A stretch of DNA of 64,000 nucleotides, taken from assembly GCA_021156085.1 (NCBI GenBank), contig JAJNBC010000014.1, forward strand, positions 310 to 64,309, written 5' to 3'. The translations under genes were made by a program, and so were the position numbers. Numbering within the stretch: the stretch's first letter is position 1; every line of letters begins with the position of its first letter. Below are positions 30,154 to 41,036 of the stretch, piece by piece. Origin of the DNA: Gammaproteobacteria bacterium. Lineage in GTDB: Bacteria; Pseudomonadota; Gammaproteobacteria; DSM-16500. The notes beneath the pieces were generated by a model. It saw nothing but the letters and a program-made list of their open reading frames with translations, did not search any database and was not told the DNA's origin.

Positions 30154-30543
30154 TTAATGCAATAAAGTACGTGCCCCCGCAGACATGGGAGAAATTAAAA
30201 TAAATTTAGGAATTTGAACCGTAAAACGCTCTTCATCCAATGTTTGCATTTCGTAACTCCCTTCCATGGAACCTTGTGGCGTTAATAATTGACAAAAACT
30301 AGCATAAGAAAAAGATTTACCTACTTTAATGAGGGGTTGCAACCCAATGACACCCGGACCCTGCACCTCTTCTATATGGCCCGAGACATCCGTAATACGC
30401 CAACATCGATTTAACAATTGCACAATTTGGTCACTTTGATTGAGAATAGTGATTTCATACGACCATAAAAAACGATGCTCCTCCGCAGACGATTGGTCAG
30501 GTAAATACACTGCTTTAGCTGTCACACTGATGTTCATTTTTTT
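30154..30543 (-). CDS. apaG: ApaG (DUF525) protein
   Basis: …FLWSYEITILNQSDQIVQLLNRCWRITDVSGHIEEVQGPGVIGLQP… matches ApaG. Start position uncertain (ORF extends to 30561). Confidence 0.75.
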   Translation of the reverse strand, partial: KKMNISVTAKAVYLPDQSSAEEHRFLWSYEITILNQSDQIVQLLNRCWRITDVSGHIEEVQGPGVIGLQPLIKVGKSFSYASFCQLLTPQGSMEGSYEMQTLDEERFTVQIPKFILISPMSAGARTLLH

Positions 30544-30547
30544 CATA

Positions 30548-31900
30548 TTAACCCAATGCATCTAATAATTTCTGATGAATACCGCCAAAACCTGAGTTAC
30601 TCATGACAACCACATGGTCCCCCGATTTTAATTTTTTCCTTAGATCTGCCACCAAATTGTCTACCGCATCAAACAAGAAGGTAGGCTGTGTAAAACTTTG
30701 TAATATTTTTTCTAATCCCCAATTATCCTGCTCGGGACGCTTACATATCACCATATCTGCCATTTGCAAGGCATTTTTAATTGTATGTTTATGTACACCA
30801 GAGCGCATTGTATAGGAAACAAATTCTAATACAACCACTATCCGAGCATTCCCAATTTTTGCCCGTAGGCCGGCCAGCGTCACTTCAATAGCCGTAGGAT
30901 GGTGCGCGAAATCATCATACACTATAATTCCTGCCTTTTCCCCTTTCACTTCCATACGGCGCTTCACATTCTTAAAAAGAGGCAACGCTTCCAATGCTGC
31001 CGATATTGTTACGCCCGCCTGATAAGCTGCTGCAATGGCAGCTAACGCATTGTCTACATTGTGCCTGCCTGATAAATGCCACTTGACTTCGCCCACTTCA
31101 ATCCCATTATGAACCACAGAAAAGCAACTGCCATCTGCTTTCAACAACTGTGCTTGCCATAGGCTTCCTTTGCCGCCAAAAGTGACCACCGGCGTCCAAC
31201 ACCCTTTTTCCAAAGTAGCCTGCAAATTCAAATCCTGATGATGCCGAACAATCAAGCCATGACTAGGTACCGTACGCACTAAATAATGGAATTGTTGTTT
31301 AATCGCCTCCAGATCAGGAAAGATGTCCGCGTGATCATATTCAAGATTATTTAAAATTAAAGTCTTAGGGCGATAATGAATAAATTTAGAACGTTTATCA
31401 AAAAAAGCGCTATCATACTCATCGGCTTCAATTACAAAATAAGGTGCAGTACCGATACGCGCTGAAATACCCAAATTTTCCGGGACACCACCAATCAGAA
31501 AGCCAGGGGCTTTTTTCGCGTACTCTAATATCCAGACCAATAAACTCGTCGTTGTGGTTTTACCATGAGTGCCTGCTACAGCTAGCACCCAGCGATCCCG
31601 CAAAATATGCTCCGCTAGCCATTGTGGCCCGGAGACATAGGGCAAATTCTTTTCCAACACATATTCCATTGCCGGATTACCACGCTTAATAACATTGCCT
31701 ACAATTACACAATCCACATTAGGATCAATATGCTGCGCTTCAAACCCATTAAAAAGCTTAATTCCATGTGCTTCCAATTGCGTACTCATGGGCGGATAAA
31801 CATTCATATCTGATCCCATCACATCATGTCCTGCCTGTTTCGCAATTTGGGCTATCCCTGCCATAAAAGTGCCGCAAATCCCTAAAATATAAATACGCAT
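30548..31900 (-). CDS. mpl: UDP-N-acetylmuramate:L-alanyl-γ-D-glutamyl-meso-DAP ligase
   Basis: Mur ligase family (GTHGKTTTTSLL). 450 aa. Mpl-like N-terminus MRIYILGICGTFMAG. Confidence 0.8.
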   Translation of the reverse strand: MRIYILGICGTFMAGIAQIAKQAGHDVMGSDMNVYPPMSTQLEAHGIKLFNGFEAQHIDPNVDCVIVGNVIKRGNPAMEYVLEKNLPYVSGPQWLAEHILRDRWVLAVAGTHGKTTTTSLLVWILEYAKKAPGFLIGGVPENLGISARIGTAPYFVIEADEYDSAFFDKRSKFIHYRPKTLILNNLEYDHADIFPDLEAIKQQFHYLVRTVPSHGLIVRHHQDLNLQATLEKGCWTPVVTFGGKGSLWQAQLLKADGSCFSVVHNGIEVGEVKWHLSGRHNVDNALAAIAAAYQAGVTISAALEALPLFKNVKRRMEVKGEKAGIIVYDDFAHHPTAIEVTLAGLRAKIGNARIVVVLEFVSYTMRSGVHKHTIKNALQMADMVICKRPEQDNWGLEKILQSFTQPTFLFDAVDNLVADLRKKLKSGDHVVVMSNSGFGGIHQKLLDALG

Positions 31901-32002
31901 CGCCTCCCCCCTGACCTGATGGCCACATTTATGGTACTATGGCCTGAGTTTTACCTAAGTGCAGAATATATTAAGCTAAACCTAAAGGAAGAGAAAGTTG
32001 AT

Positions 32003-33580
32003 ATGAATATGGATACCCTGCAAAGCTTATTTGATGCCTTGCCTGAAAGTGCTGTTTTACTGGATAAAACAGGACGGATTATTGATTGGAACCCAGGCGC
32101 TACATCGTTGTTTGGTTATTTCAAAAAAGAGGTTTTAGGCAAATCACTCAATTTAATTTATCAGCATAATTATCCTTTTCATAAAATCATTCAAGAAACG
32201 TTGCCCCAACAAAAAAAATGGACATCTGAAACACGTTATATTCGCAAGAATGGTATAAAAGGTCTTTGCAAAACGTGCGCAAGCTTGATCAGCCCCTCTT
32301 CTCACTATAAAGCAGCGGCGATTATCATCCATCAGGATATTTCTACTTATAAAGCTATAGAAACAGATTTGCAAAATAATATAGAAAAATTAAGTCGCCT
32401 CTTACAAGAACAAATAGAATCCTATCATATAGTCAATAATCTATTTTTAAAATCGTTTCATACACTTCAAAATAATCAAAAAATACTCCATGAAAATAAA
32501 TTATTATTTGATTTACTAGTAGAGAACACTACGGATGTTATTTCTCGTCATGCACCCGACGGTACCTATCTGTATGCATCGCCCTCCTCCAAAACACTTT
32601 TGGGCTATAAGCCAGAAGAATTATTAAATTGCAATTTATATAAATTTATCCATTACGATGATGTCAAAAAATTAAAGAAAATATTTAACCAACGCAAAGG
32701 AAATTCCAACCATCAAATTGTCGCCTACCGCTTAAGGCGCAAAGAAGGCGACTACCGCTGGTTTGAAAGCAATATTCGCATGCTTTACGACACCACCAAA
32801 AAATCTATCCATGAAATTCAGGCAGCGTCTCGTGATATTACTGATCGCATTCTCGATAAAAAAGCGCGGCTACGAGGCCAACAACTCGCCCATGTATCTC
32901 GTCTCAGTAGCCTCGAAGAAATGGCTTCAGGGATGGCGCATGAAATAAGCCAGCCGCTCGCTGCCATTGTCAATTATACGCAAGGCTGCGTCCGTTACTT
33001 ACAAAATAAACAACATGACCCCACACAAGTCATTGAAATCATGAAAAAAGCAGTTATTCAAGCTCAGAGAGCGGGCGAAGTCATTCATCGTTTAAAGAAT
33101 TTTTTCTGCAAAGGCCAAATACTTAAAACACCTTGTAAAATTAACAAACTAATACGCGAAACAGTGACTTTAATTCGTAATGATCTCAATACATCAAAAA
33201 CAAAAATCGAGTTTGGTCTTTCTAAAAATGTACAAGTCATTTCTGCAGATAAAATTCAAATGCAGCAAGTGTTATTAAATCTGATTCAGAATTCCATAGA
33301 TGCAATGCAAAAAATCGATTACAAACTACGAAAAATTCACATACAAACTCAAGCACTCGATGCAAATTCCATAGAAGTTACTGTGCATGATACAGGTCCC
33401 GGTTTTTCAAAAGATATGATATATAAAGTATTTGAGCCTTTTTTTACAACAAAAGCCCATGGCCGTGGCATAGGATTAGCCATCTGCCGTTCCATTGTAG
33501 AAGCACATGGCGGGCAATTCATTATTAACCCAAATACCAATAACCATAGCTGGATACGATTTATTTTACCTATCAATTAA
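32003..33580 (+). CDS. Cytoplasmic PAS-domain sensor histidine kinase (PAS-PAS-HisKA-HATPase)
   Basis: H-box MAHEISQPLAAI, G-boxes (DTGPGF, GRGIGLAICR) and two PAS-like segments. No TM. Confidence 0.75.
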   Translation: MNMDTLQSLFDALPESAVLLDKTGRIIDWNPGATSLFGYFKKEVLGKSLNLIYQHNYPFHKIIQETLPQQKKWTSETRYIRKNGIKGLCKTCASLISPSSHYKAAAIIIHQDISTYKAIETDLQNNIEKLSRLLQEQIESYHIVNNLFLKSFHTLQNNQKILHENKLLFDLLVENTTDVISRHAPDGTYLYASPSSKTLLGYKPEELLNCNLYKFIHYDDVKKLKKIFNQRKGNSNHQIVAYRLRRKEGDYRWFESNIRMLYDTTKKSIHEIQAASRDITDRILDKKARLRGQQLAHVSRLSSLEEMASGMAHEISQPLAAIVNYTQGCVRYLQNKQHDPTQVIEIMKKAVIQAQRAGEVIHRLKNFFCKGQILKTPCKINKLIRETVTLIRNDLNTSKTKIEFGLSKNVQVISADKIQMQQVLLNLIQNSIDAMQKIDYKLRKIHIQTQALDANSIEVTVHDTGPGFSKDMIYKVFEPFFTTKAHGRGIGLAICRSIVEAHGGQFIINPNTNNHSWIRFILPIN

Positions 33581-33594
33581 CAAGGAGAGTTCTT

Positions 33595-34224
33595 ATGTCA
33601 ATAGATGCAATTGTCTACGTGGTAGATGATGATGCGGCGATGGTGGAATCATTGTCATGGATTATTGAATCAGTGGGCTTAAAAGCTAAAATTTTTACCC
33701 AAGCTCAAGATTTTTTAGATGAATATAAGCCCGACCAACCGGGTTGTTTATTACTCGATGTACGCATGCCAGGCATGAGCGGTCCTGAATTACAAACTAA
33801 ATTATTGGCCCTCAGCGCAACATTACCCATTATTTTTATTAGCGGTCATGGTGATGTGCCATTAGCGGTACGCGTGATGAAAGCAGGTGCCATCGATTTT
33901 CTTACTAAGCCTTTCAATGATCAAGTATTATTAGAAAGTATTAATAGGGCATTACGATTTGATAAAATAACTCGCGAAAAACAACAAGAAAATGCCCAAG
34001 CCGAAGCAAAATTCGCCCTGTTATCGCCCCGCGAAGTGCAAGTCTTACAAGGTATTGTATCGGGCAAACAGAATAAAGTGATCTCCTCTGAATTAATGAT
34101 TTCCCTAAAAACAGTAGAGGCCCACCGCGCCAGTGTAATGAAAAAAATGAGCGTCAGGTCGGTGCCTGAATTAGTTAAATTAGTGCTGACGAATGGCGTC
34201 CAAGAACATGCTACCCAAGACTAG
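33595..34224 (+). CDS. NarL/FixJ-family response regulator (REC + LuxR HTH)
   Basis: VYVVDDD…LLLDVRMPGMSG…KP receiver. C-terminal LSPREVQVL…KVISSELMISLKTVEAHRASVMKKM LuxR HTH. Confidence 0.85.
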   Translation: MSIDAIVYVVDDDAAMVESLSWIIESVGLKAKIFTQAQDFLDEYKPDQPGCLLLDVRMPGMSGPELQTKLLALSATLPIIFISGHGDVPLAVRVMKAGAIDFLTKPFNDQVLLESINRALRFDKITREKQQENAQAEAKFALLSPREVQVLQGIVSGKQNKVISSELMISLKTVEAHRASVMKKMSVRSVPELVKLVLTNGVQEHATQD

Positions 34225-34450
34225 TCTTTAACCAAAAAAACTGAAAAATCGTTATTTTATGCCGGATTACCTCTAAAGTGTAGGTGAAAACCCTCAATTT
34301 CTACAGGGAGATTGAGCATCTACTCCTTGGTTTTTGCTAATTTCGCTAAGCAAATAATCATGAGATGATGGCGATCCATTATTAAAAAGTTATTAGGAAA
34401 AAGCTACTAGCAGATAGTAGGACACCGAATATATGTTAGGGAGAGAGACC

Positions 34451-34894
34451 ATGGATGCGTCAAAAAATGTTTTATTAATCACGAATGCGACGACAGATGC
34501 TGAGATAGTAAAAATTAAAGAAGTCATCGCACAAGCTTCACAATCTCATTTATCCATCCGACTCAGCCTAGCCCATGTAATACCTGCTCTGCCCACATGC
34601 TACTTCAATATTCCTTCGATGGTATTATTGGCAGAACGTTGTTATGAAGAAGCAAAGCAATCCTTAACCTATGCGGGTGAATTTCTAGGCATTGAACAAA
34701 GCAACCAATGGTTAATCACAGGGCGGGCTCGATCTGAAGTATTGCGGCTAGCTAACAAATTAAACACACATTTTATTTTAGCGAGCAGCACCACCATTCC
34801 AGAATTACGTAAATTATTTATATTTAGCAAGAAAGAACAATATCCTACGCTTATCAGAAGCATTGGCCAAGTCAATTTATTTGACACAAATTAA
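34451..34894 (+). CDS. Hypothetical protein, possibly universal-stress-protein-like α/β fold
   Basis: Weak UspA-like pattern (NVLLITNATTDAE…, …THFILASS). Low confidence. Confidence 0.3.
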   Translation: MDASKNVLLITNATTDAEIVKIKEVIAQASQSHLSIRLSLAHVIPALPTCYFNIPSMVLLAERCYEEAKQSLTYAGEFLGIEQSNQWLITGRARSEVLRLANKLNTHFILASSTTIPELRKLFIFSKKEQYPTLIRSIGQVNLFDTN

Positions 34895-35108
34895 TATTAT
34901 CTAATTTTTTTCTCAGTTACTGCAACCACTCAGGCCGCCGAGAAGGACCTTTTTCTCGGTGGAATGAGACATCCAGCATTTCTACAAAAACAGCATACAT
35001 AAAATTTTCCCCTATCCTCTTGATAGAAATTCGTATGAAACACTAAATTTCTTGCGCATGTAATGCAATAAGACCTAGAATACAGAAAAAATTTTAAAGG
35101 AAGCTTCC

Positions 35109-36368
35109 ATGCCTCAATATAATGCCCTATACGCCCAGTCCGGGGGCGTTACTTCTGTAATTAATGCGTCGGCTTGCGGCGTCATTCAAACAGCTCGAAA
35201 ACACAGTGATCAAATTGGAAAAATCTTCGCTGCCCGTAACGGCATTATCGGCGCACTAACCGAAGATTTAATTGATACGACCCATGAAACTGAAGCAGAT
35301 ATCGCAGCGCTTCGCTACACCCCTGCAGGCGCATTTGGTTCTTGCCGTCACAAACTAGGCTCATTAGAAAAAAATCGTGGGCAATATGAGCGTCTCATTG
35401 AAGTTTTTTCTGCGCATGCTATTCGCTACTTCTTCTACAATGGAGGAGGCGATTCCCAAGACACTGCTTATAAAGTTTCACAAATCGGCCAAGCATTAGG
35501 CTACCCCATCACATGCATAGGTATTCCTAAAACCGTCGACAATGATTTGCCATTCACCGATAACTCTCCGGGGTTTGGCTCAGTAGCTAAATATGTTGCT
35601 GTCTCTATTCGGGAAGCTGGCCTCGATGTCGCCTCCATGGCATTGACTTCTACCAAAGTCTTTATTTTAGAAGTCATGGGACGTCATGCCGGCTGGATTG
35701 CAGCAGCGGGTGGGTTAGCCGCGGAAAATGCAGCGGATGCGCCGCATATTATTTTATTTCCAGAAATCCCTTTTGCACCGGATGCATTTCTAAAACGCGT
35801 CGCTGAATGTGTCAAAAATTATGGCTCATGCTCTATCGTGGCATCCGAAGGTTTGCATAATCAAGATGGAACATTTGTTTCTGAATCAGGACTAGTGGAT
35901 GCTTTTGGGCATAAACAATTAGGCGGGGTCGCCCCGCTGCTTGCCAAGCTCATCAAAGAAAATTTAAATTTCAAATACCATTGGGCACTAGCAGATTATT
36001 TACAACGCTCTGCACGGCACATCGCTTCTAAAACAGATGTAGACCAAGCCTATGCGGTCGGCAAAGCTGCTGTCGAATTTGCTTTAAGTGGAAAAAACGC
36101 AATCATGCCCATCATTGTGCGTGAATCAAACCATCCTTATCATTGGGTCATCGGCGAAGCACCTCTTGAAAAAATCGCCAACGTGGAAGTCAAGATGCCA
36201 CGTGATTACATTACAGAAGACGGTTTTAATATTACAGAAAAATGTCGTCATTATTTAGCACCGCTTATTCAAGGAGAAGATTATCCTGCGTATCAAAATG
36301 GGCTGCCCTCCTATGTCAGCTTAAGAAACATCGCTGTTGAAAAAAAGCTGGGAGAATTTCAAATTTAA
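35109..36368 (+). CDS. pfp: Pyrophosphate-dependent 6-phosphofructokinase family protein
   Basis: PFK family motifs (GGVTSVINAS, GIPKTVDNDL, MGRHAGW). 419 aa. Confidence 0.75.
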   Translation: MPQYNALYAQSGGVTSVINASACGVIQTARKHSDQIGKIFAARNGIIGALTEDLIDTTHETEADIAALRYTPAGAFGSCRHKLGSLEKNRGQYERLIEVFSAHAIRYFFYNGGGDSQDTAYKVSQIGQALGYPITCIGIPKTVDNDLPFTDNSPGFGSVAKYVAVSIREAGLDVASMALTSTKVFILEVMGRHAGWIAAAGGLAAENAADAPHIILFPEIPFAPDAFLKRVAECVKNYGSCSIVASEGLHNQDGTFVSESGLVDAFGHKQLGGVAPLLAKLIKENLNFKYHWALADYLQRSARHIASKTDVDQAYAVGKAAVEFALSGKNAIMPIIVRESNHPYHWVIGEAPLEKIANVEVKMPRDYITEDGFNITEKCRHYLAPLIQGEDYPAYQNGLPSYVSLRNIAVEKKLGEFQI

Positions 36369-37187
36369 ATGAATGCCCTTCCTAATATAAAACATATTAT
36401 TGCTATTGCTTCCGGCAAGGGCGGTGTTGGAAAATCCACTACCGCAGTGAATCTGGCTTTGGCTTTTGCCAAAGAAGGCGCACGCGCCGGTATTTTAGAT
36501 GCAGACATTTATGGCCCTAGTCAGCCCTTGATGCTTGGGGTCAAAACACGTCCCGAAATAAAAGATAAAAAAAGCTTATTACCTATCATGGCGCATGGCA
36601 TTCAATCCATGTCTATTGGCTATCTGATTGATGAAACATCGCCAATGATATGGCGCGGCCCCATGGTAAGCATGGCGTTGCAGCAATTACTGCATGATAC
36701 GCAGTGGGATGCTTTAGATTATCTCGTTATTGATTTGCCTCCGGGGACTGGCGATATCCAACTCACGCTCGCGCAGAAAATTCCTGTTACAGGCGCTGTC
36801 CTTGTCACTACCCCGCAAGACTTAGCCCTATTAGATGTCAAACGTGCGTATGAAATGTTCCATAAAGTCAATGTCCCTATTTTAGGCATCGTTGAAAATA
36901 TGAGTATTCATATTTGTACTCAATGCGGCCATCAAGAATCAATTTTTGGTACGCAGGGCGGTACGCAGCTAGCAAAACAATATGATATTGAATTATTAGG
37001 TAAATTACCGCTCGATATGCATATTCGCGAGCAAACGGACAACGGCAAACCTACTGTTGCAGCGGATCCAGACATGGCGAACGCTCTACTCTACCGCGCA
37101 ATTGCGCAGCGTCTTATAGCGAAACTTGCCTTGCAAGCGCAGAGTGAATCAGGTAAGTTTCCCAAACTTGTGATCAAAAACGATTAA
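36369..37187 (+). CDS. apbC: Fe-S cluster carrier ATPase Mrp/ApbC
   Basis: [20 protein letters not shown] deviant Walker A. CTQCG motif. Confidence 0.85.
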   Translation: MNALPNIKHIIAIASGKGGVGKSTTAVNLALAFAKEGARAGILDADIYGPSQPLMLGVKTRPEIKDKKSLLPIMAHGIQSMSIGYLIDETSPMIWRGPMVSMALQQLLHDTQWDALDYLVIDLPPGTGDIQLTLAQKIPVTGAVLVTTPQDLALLDVKRAYEMFHKVNVPILGIVENMSIHICTQCGHQESIFGTQGGTQLAKQYDIELLGKLPLDMHIREQTDNGKPTVAADPDMANALLYRAIAQRLIAKLALQAQSESGKFPKLVIKND

Positions 37188-37197
37188 GAGAATTGAT

Positions 37198-37764
37198 ATG
37201 CCAATTAAAGCTGATCAATGGATACGCCGTATGGCAGAAGAACATCAAATGATTTCTCCCTTTGAACCGCGGCAATTACGTGCAAGTTCTGAAGGGGCCA
37301 CCATTTCTTATGGCACTTCCAGTTATGGTTATGATATCCGTTGTGCTGAAGAATTTAAAGTGTTTACCAATATTAATTCAGCCATTGTCGATCCTAAAAA
37401 TTTTTCTAACCGCAGCTTTGTCGATATCACCGCTAAAGAATGTATTATCCCTCCGAATTCGTTTGCATTAGCACGCAGTGTTGAAATCATCAAAGTGCCA
37501 CGTAATGTTCTTGTTATTTGCGTAGGCAAATCTACTTATGCACGATGCGGCATCATTGTCAACGTTACACCGCTGGAACCTGAATGGGAAGGCCATATCA
37601 CTTTAGAATTTTCAAACACCACCCCCCTACCCGCTAAAATCTATGCGAACGAAGGCGTCGCCCAACTCCTTTTTTTAGAATCAGATGAAATTTGTGAAAC
37701 CTCTTATAAAGATCGCCAAGGAAAGTACCAAGGCCAGCAAGGCGTAACTTTGCCAATTGCATAA
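37198..37764 (+). CDS. dcd: dCTP deaminase
   Basis: [15 protein letters not shown]…ISPFEP N-terminus and length (188 aa) typical of Dcd. Confidence 0.8.
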   Translation: MPIKADQWIRRMAEEHQMISPFEPRQLRASSEGATISYGTSSYGYDIRCAEEFKVFTNINSAIVDPKNFSNRSFVDITAKECIIPPNSFALARSVEIIKVPRNVLVICVGKSTYARCGIIVNVTPLEPEWEGHITLEFSNTTPLPAKIYANEGVAQLLFLESDEICETSYKDRQGKYQGQQGVTLPIA

Positions 37765-37861
37765 ATGTTAATATTTCCTTAAGGTTATTCGGTTATTATT
37801 TTCTTGTAGTTATTATAAAATACATAAATTTTTTATCTTACAGGTAATTGAGGAGCTATAT

Positions 37862-39358
37862 ATGCTACATAACGCCCAAGGCAACGAGGACAAAGACGCA
37901 GAGGCAGAAGCGGCGGCGATTAAGAAGCTGCCTGCTGATCTACAACGTTATATAACAGCAGAATATAAAAGAAACATTCAATACGCGGATAATTTATATG
38001 AAATGACTTGGGGAAGAGCTTTACTTTCTACGCTTTCCTTCTTTATTTCCTTTTTTCGCATTCGCCTAATAAAGCAAGGGGAAGTAGGTTTAATTATGGA
38101 TAATGGAAAACCTAAAATAGTCTCCCCTGGGTGGTACGTCATTTTTAGTCCCTTTATTTCTTTTATAGAAACCAAGAATATAAATGATGAGTTAATTGAA
38201 TTAGGCTCTACTAAAATTATCAATGTGCCCGCAGGAAAATATGCCAGCATTAATGATACCAAAACAGGAGAATATAAATTATTAGGCGCAGGCAAACATT
38301 TTATTGATTCCCCCGATATAAGAGTAATAAAAAATGCAGATTATTCTATTCGTTTTATTAATTTAGATGATGAGTTAACAGAATTAGGAACCAATAAAAT
38401 TGTCAGAATTAAGCCGGATAAAAAAGGAGTTGTATATCGCATGCATGAACATGACGAGTTAAAACCCGAAATACTTAACCCTGGAATTTATATTATATCG
38501 CCTCCCGACGAATACGTTACTTCTTTAAGTAGTCGTCAACAAGTAATAAAACTTCCTGCAGTAAAAAGTATGTCAGGCGATCAACTTCCATTAGAAGTTC
38601 ATGCAGATATTTTCTATAAAATTACGGATCCAAACAAAACTATTAATGAATTAGATCCAAGAGAAGTAAATACCTATATTAGAGAAACTGCAACTGCCAC
38701 TTTAGGAGAGATTATTCGTTCATCCACTTATTCCCGGGGCGAAGTAGGAAATAGCACCCATGCTGCCAGCAACATACAGGCAACTCTCGATAACGTATCC
38801 CAAACCCCGACAGCTGCAACAGTAGAAGAAAAAGAACAATGTCAGCCACCTGAAGGTCAAAACTCATTTGTCTTAAATATACATGCACAGTTTGTAGAAA
38901 AGTGTAATAAGACATTATCCAACATTGGAGTTAGGATAGATATCCGTATCAATGAGTCTAAAATTACTGACCCAAAAACTGCCCACAAACTTACTGAAAC
39001 TGCCTTGCAAATTAGTCAATCGCGTGCTCAAGCCCAATATGTTCAAACTCAAGCTATGATTAGTATGATTACGGCTCAAAACGAGGCTGCTATGGTTAAA
39101 GTTGCTGCACAAGGAAAAGCAGAGGCCCTACTGGTAGCAGCGGAGGCTGAAAAACAAGCTGCTATTAAAAAAGCGCAGGGGGAAAAAGAGGCTGCTGACT
39201 TATTAGCTCAAAATGAGCTAGCTACTGCATTAAAAAAACTAGGGCTCTTTGCGGAAGCCTTGGGGCCTCGCTCTCAAATTATTTTTGGCAGTGATCACTT
39301 AAGTCCACTCGCAGGAATGGCGGCTCTTTTAAGAGAAAACGTGACGGCAAATTTTTAG
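37862..39358 (+). CDS. SPFH/band-7 (flotillin/YqiK-like) membrane protein carrying an inserted internally duplicated segment
   Basis: TM plus IKQGEVGLIMDNGK…PGW start of SPFH. Conserved …VHADIFYKITDP… SPFH core and coiled-coil C-terminus. An ~200-aa insertion with tandem repeat (DELIELGSTKII… / DELTELGTNKIV…) sits between them. Confidence 0.6.
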   Translation: MLHNAQGNEDKDAEAEAAAIKKLPADLQRYITAEYKRNIQYADNLYEMTWGRALLSTLSFFISFFRIRLIKQGEVGLIMDNGKPKIVSPGWYVIFSPFISFIETKNINDELIELGSTKIINVPAGKYASINDTKTGEYKLLGAGKHFIDSPDIRVIKNADYSIRFINLDDELTELGTNKIVRIKPDKKGVVYRMHEHDELKPEILNPGIYIISPPDEYVTSLSSRQQVIKLPAVKSMSGDQLPLEVHADIFYKITDPNKTINELDPREVNTYIRETATATLGEIIRSSTYSRGEVGNSTHAASNIQATLDNVSQTPTAATVEEKEQCQPPEGQNSFVLNIHAQFVEKCNKTLSNIGVRIDIRINESKITDPKTAHKLTETALQISQSRAQAQYVQTQAMISMITAQNEAAMVKVAAQGKAEALLVAAEAEKQAAIKKAQGEKEAADLLAQNELATALKKLGLFAEALGPRSQIIFGSDHLSPLAGMAALLRENVTANF

Positions 39359-39373
39359 AAGGATAAATTAAAA

Positions 39374-39412
39374 CCCCTCCCTCATTTCACCATGGTAAAA
39401 TGAGGGGGTGGT
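39374..39412. terminator. Bidirectional terminator hairpin between the SPFH gene and ihfB
   Basis: ~14-bp stem CCCTCATTTCACCA/TGGTAAAATGAGGG with 1 mismatch. Confidence 0.5.
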
Positions 39413-39452
39413 TAGAAAAAGAAAAGCTGTAACATGGGGGGCGAGTTTGAAT

Positions 39453-39788
39453 TTATTCTTCGCCTTCATCCGCATCCTCTAACGTTTCCGTTAAAGGAAT
39501 ATGTCGGCTGGCATTAACTTGCTCACGTAGTTCTTTGCCGGGTTTAAAATGAACAGCGTATTTGGGCTGTGTCACCAGTTTTTCGCCTGTTTTGGGGTTA
39601 TGGGCTCTGCGAGGGGGGCGATAGTGAAGAGAAAAGCTGCCAAAACCACGGATTTCGATGCGGCCGCCTTCACTAAGCACATCGCCCATTTTTTGAACGA
39701 TCTGATTAATGCTGAGGGCTATGTCTCTCTCAGGAAGATGAGGTAATTTCTTGCTAACTTCAGCAATCAATTGTGATTTTATTAACAT
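39453..39788 (-). CDS. ihfB: Integration host factor subunit beta
   Basis: IKSQLIAEV…IEIRGFGSFSLHYRPPRRAHNPKTGE signature. Confidence 0.85.
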   Translation of the reverse strand: MLIKSQLIAEVSKKLPHLPERDIALSINQIVQKMGDVLSEGGRIEIRGFGSFSLHYRPPRRAHNPKTGEKLVTQPKYAVHFKPGKELREQVNASRHIPLTETLEDADEGEE

Positions 39789-39977
39789 AGTGATCAGCAG
39801 TAATGCTGCCTCCGTTTGGTTAGACGTAATAAACTTTCAAAAAACTATATCTCTTTGAACAATATAGTGTATCTTCAAAAAAAAATCCAGAACATACCGC
39901 ATGACTTAGGGCTATTCCTATGACAAACTAGGCCTTTCTCATGTAATATAAGGGTTTTAATGGATGGTAGGATTTCT

Positions 39978-41036
39978 ATGCGAGCGACAGGGTTAATAGG
40001 GTTGAATCTTTTTTTGCTGCTTATGACATTACCTGCATTAGCAATGAAAGTCGATTCACTCTATAAAAGTACCGTCCCAGTGACTACACAAGGAGCAACT
40101 GAGCGTAGCCATGCTGTTCAAGAGGCTCTTTCTCAAGTATTAATCAAGGTGAGCGGAAGCACCCAAATTTTGAGCAGCTCTAACTTAAAAGCACGTCTGG
40201 GTACAGCAGACACGCTTATTCAACAGATGGGCTATATCACGCCTCCCTCAAATAAAAATCGCGTCCCTTATTTATTAGAAGTACAATTTGACCCAATGGG
40301 TATCCATCAATGGTTACGAGATGCTGGGATAGCCGAGTGGGACCAAAACCGTCCACTCATTATTGCTTGGATTGCTTATGAAGCCCCTGGACATCCTAGT
40401 GAAATAGTAAACAACGATCTTACTCCCGAAATCGCTACCTTATTCAAACAAAATGCAGAACAATACGGATTGCCGTTAATATTGCCTCTGATGGATATGA
40501 CCGACTTTCACCAAATTTCTACTACAGATGTTATAGACGGTACCTTAGCCAACTTAACTAACGCAGCAAAACGTTATGCAAGCGATGCAATGTTGATAGG
40601 ACAAGTAACACAAGCAAGCCATAGCTTAGTATCCCGATGGAAACTGGTGCTAGGTGATCAACAATGGGAGTGGAACCTGGCTGGCCAAAGCATAGCTGAT
40701 ATTGCACCTCCACTGATGACTCATATTATGACTACTCTCGCTACCCGTTTTGCTATCATCACCACCAATACTATACAAAAAGATTTACTACTGAAAGTAA
40801 CGGGCATTACTCATTATCCTGATTTTGCGCAATTAACGCGTTATCTCACTCATTTACCCCCTGTCGCCAATGTAGAAATCATTAAAATATCCCCAGATAA
40901 TGATGTGATACTCAAAGTAAGTTTGCGCAGCAATCAAGAATCTTTTATTCAAGCTCTTTCGGTAGGGCAAAGACTCATAAAGACATCCCCCACAACTTCC
41001 TCAAATACGATGGTGGTTTACCAATGGAACCCTTAA
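39978..41036 (+). CDS. Periplasmic DUF2066-like protein (signal peptide)
   Basis: Signal peptide. Position upstream of perM-hda as in other gammaproteobacteria. Family by synteny and memory. Confidence 0.45.
   Translation: MRATGLIGLNLFLLLMTLPALAMKVDSLYKSTVPVTTQGATERSHAVQEALSQVLIKVSGSTQILSSSNLKARLGTADTLIQQMGYITPPSNKNRVPYLLEVQFDPMGIHQWLRDAGIAEWDQNRPLIIAWIAYEAPGHPSEIVNNDLTPEIATLFKQNAEQYGLPLILPLMDMTDFHQISTTDVIDGTLANLTNAAKRYASDAMLIGQVTQASHSLVSRWKLVLGDQQWEWNLAGQSIADIAPPLMTHIMTTLATRFAIITTNTIQKDLLLKVTGITHYPDFAQLTRYLTHLPPVANVEIIKISPDNDVILKVSLRSNQESFIQALSVGQRLIKTSPTTSSNTMVVYQWNP

Noticed and set aside
37262-37529. ORFs 37262..37471 (+) and 37329..37529 (-) inside dcd
   Set aside because: Alternative-frame or antisense ORFs within the well-supported dCTP deaminase gene.
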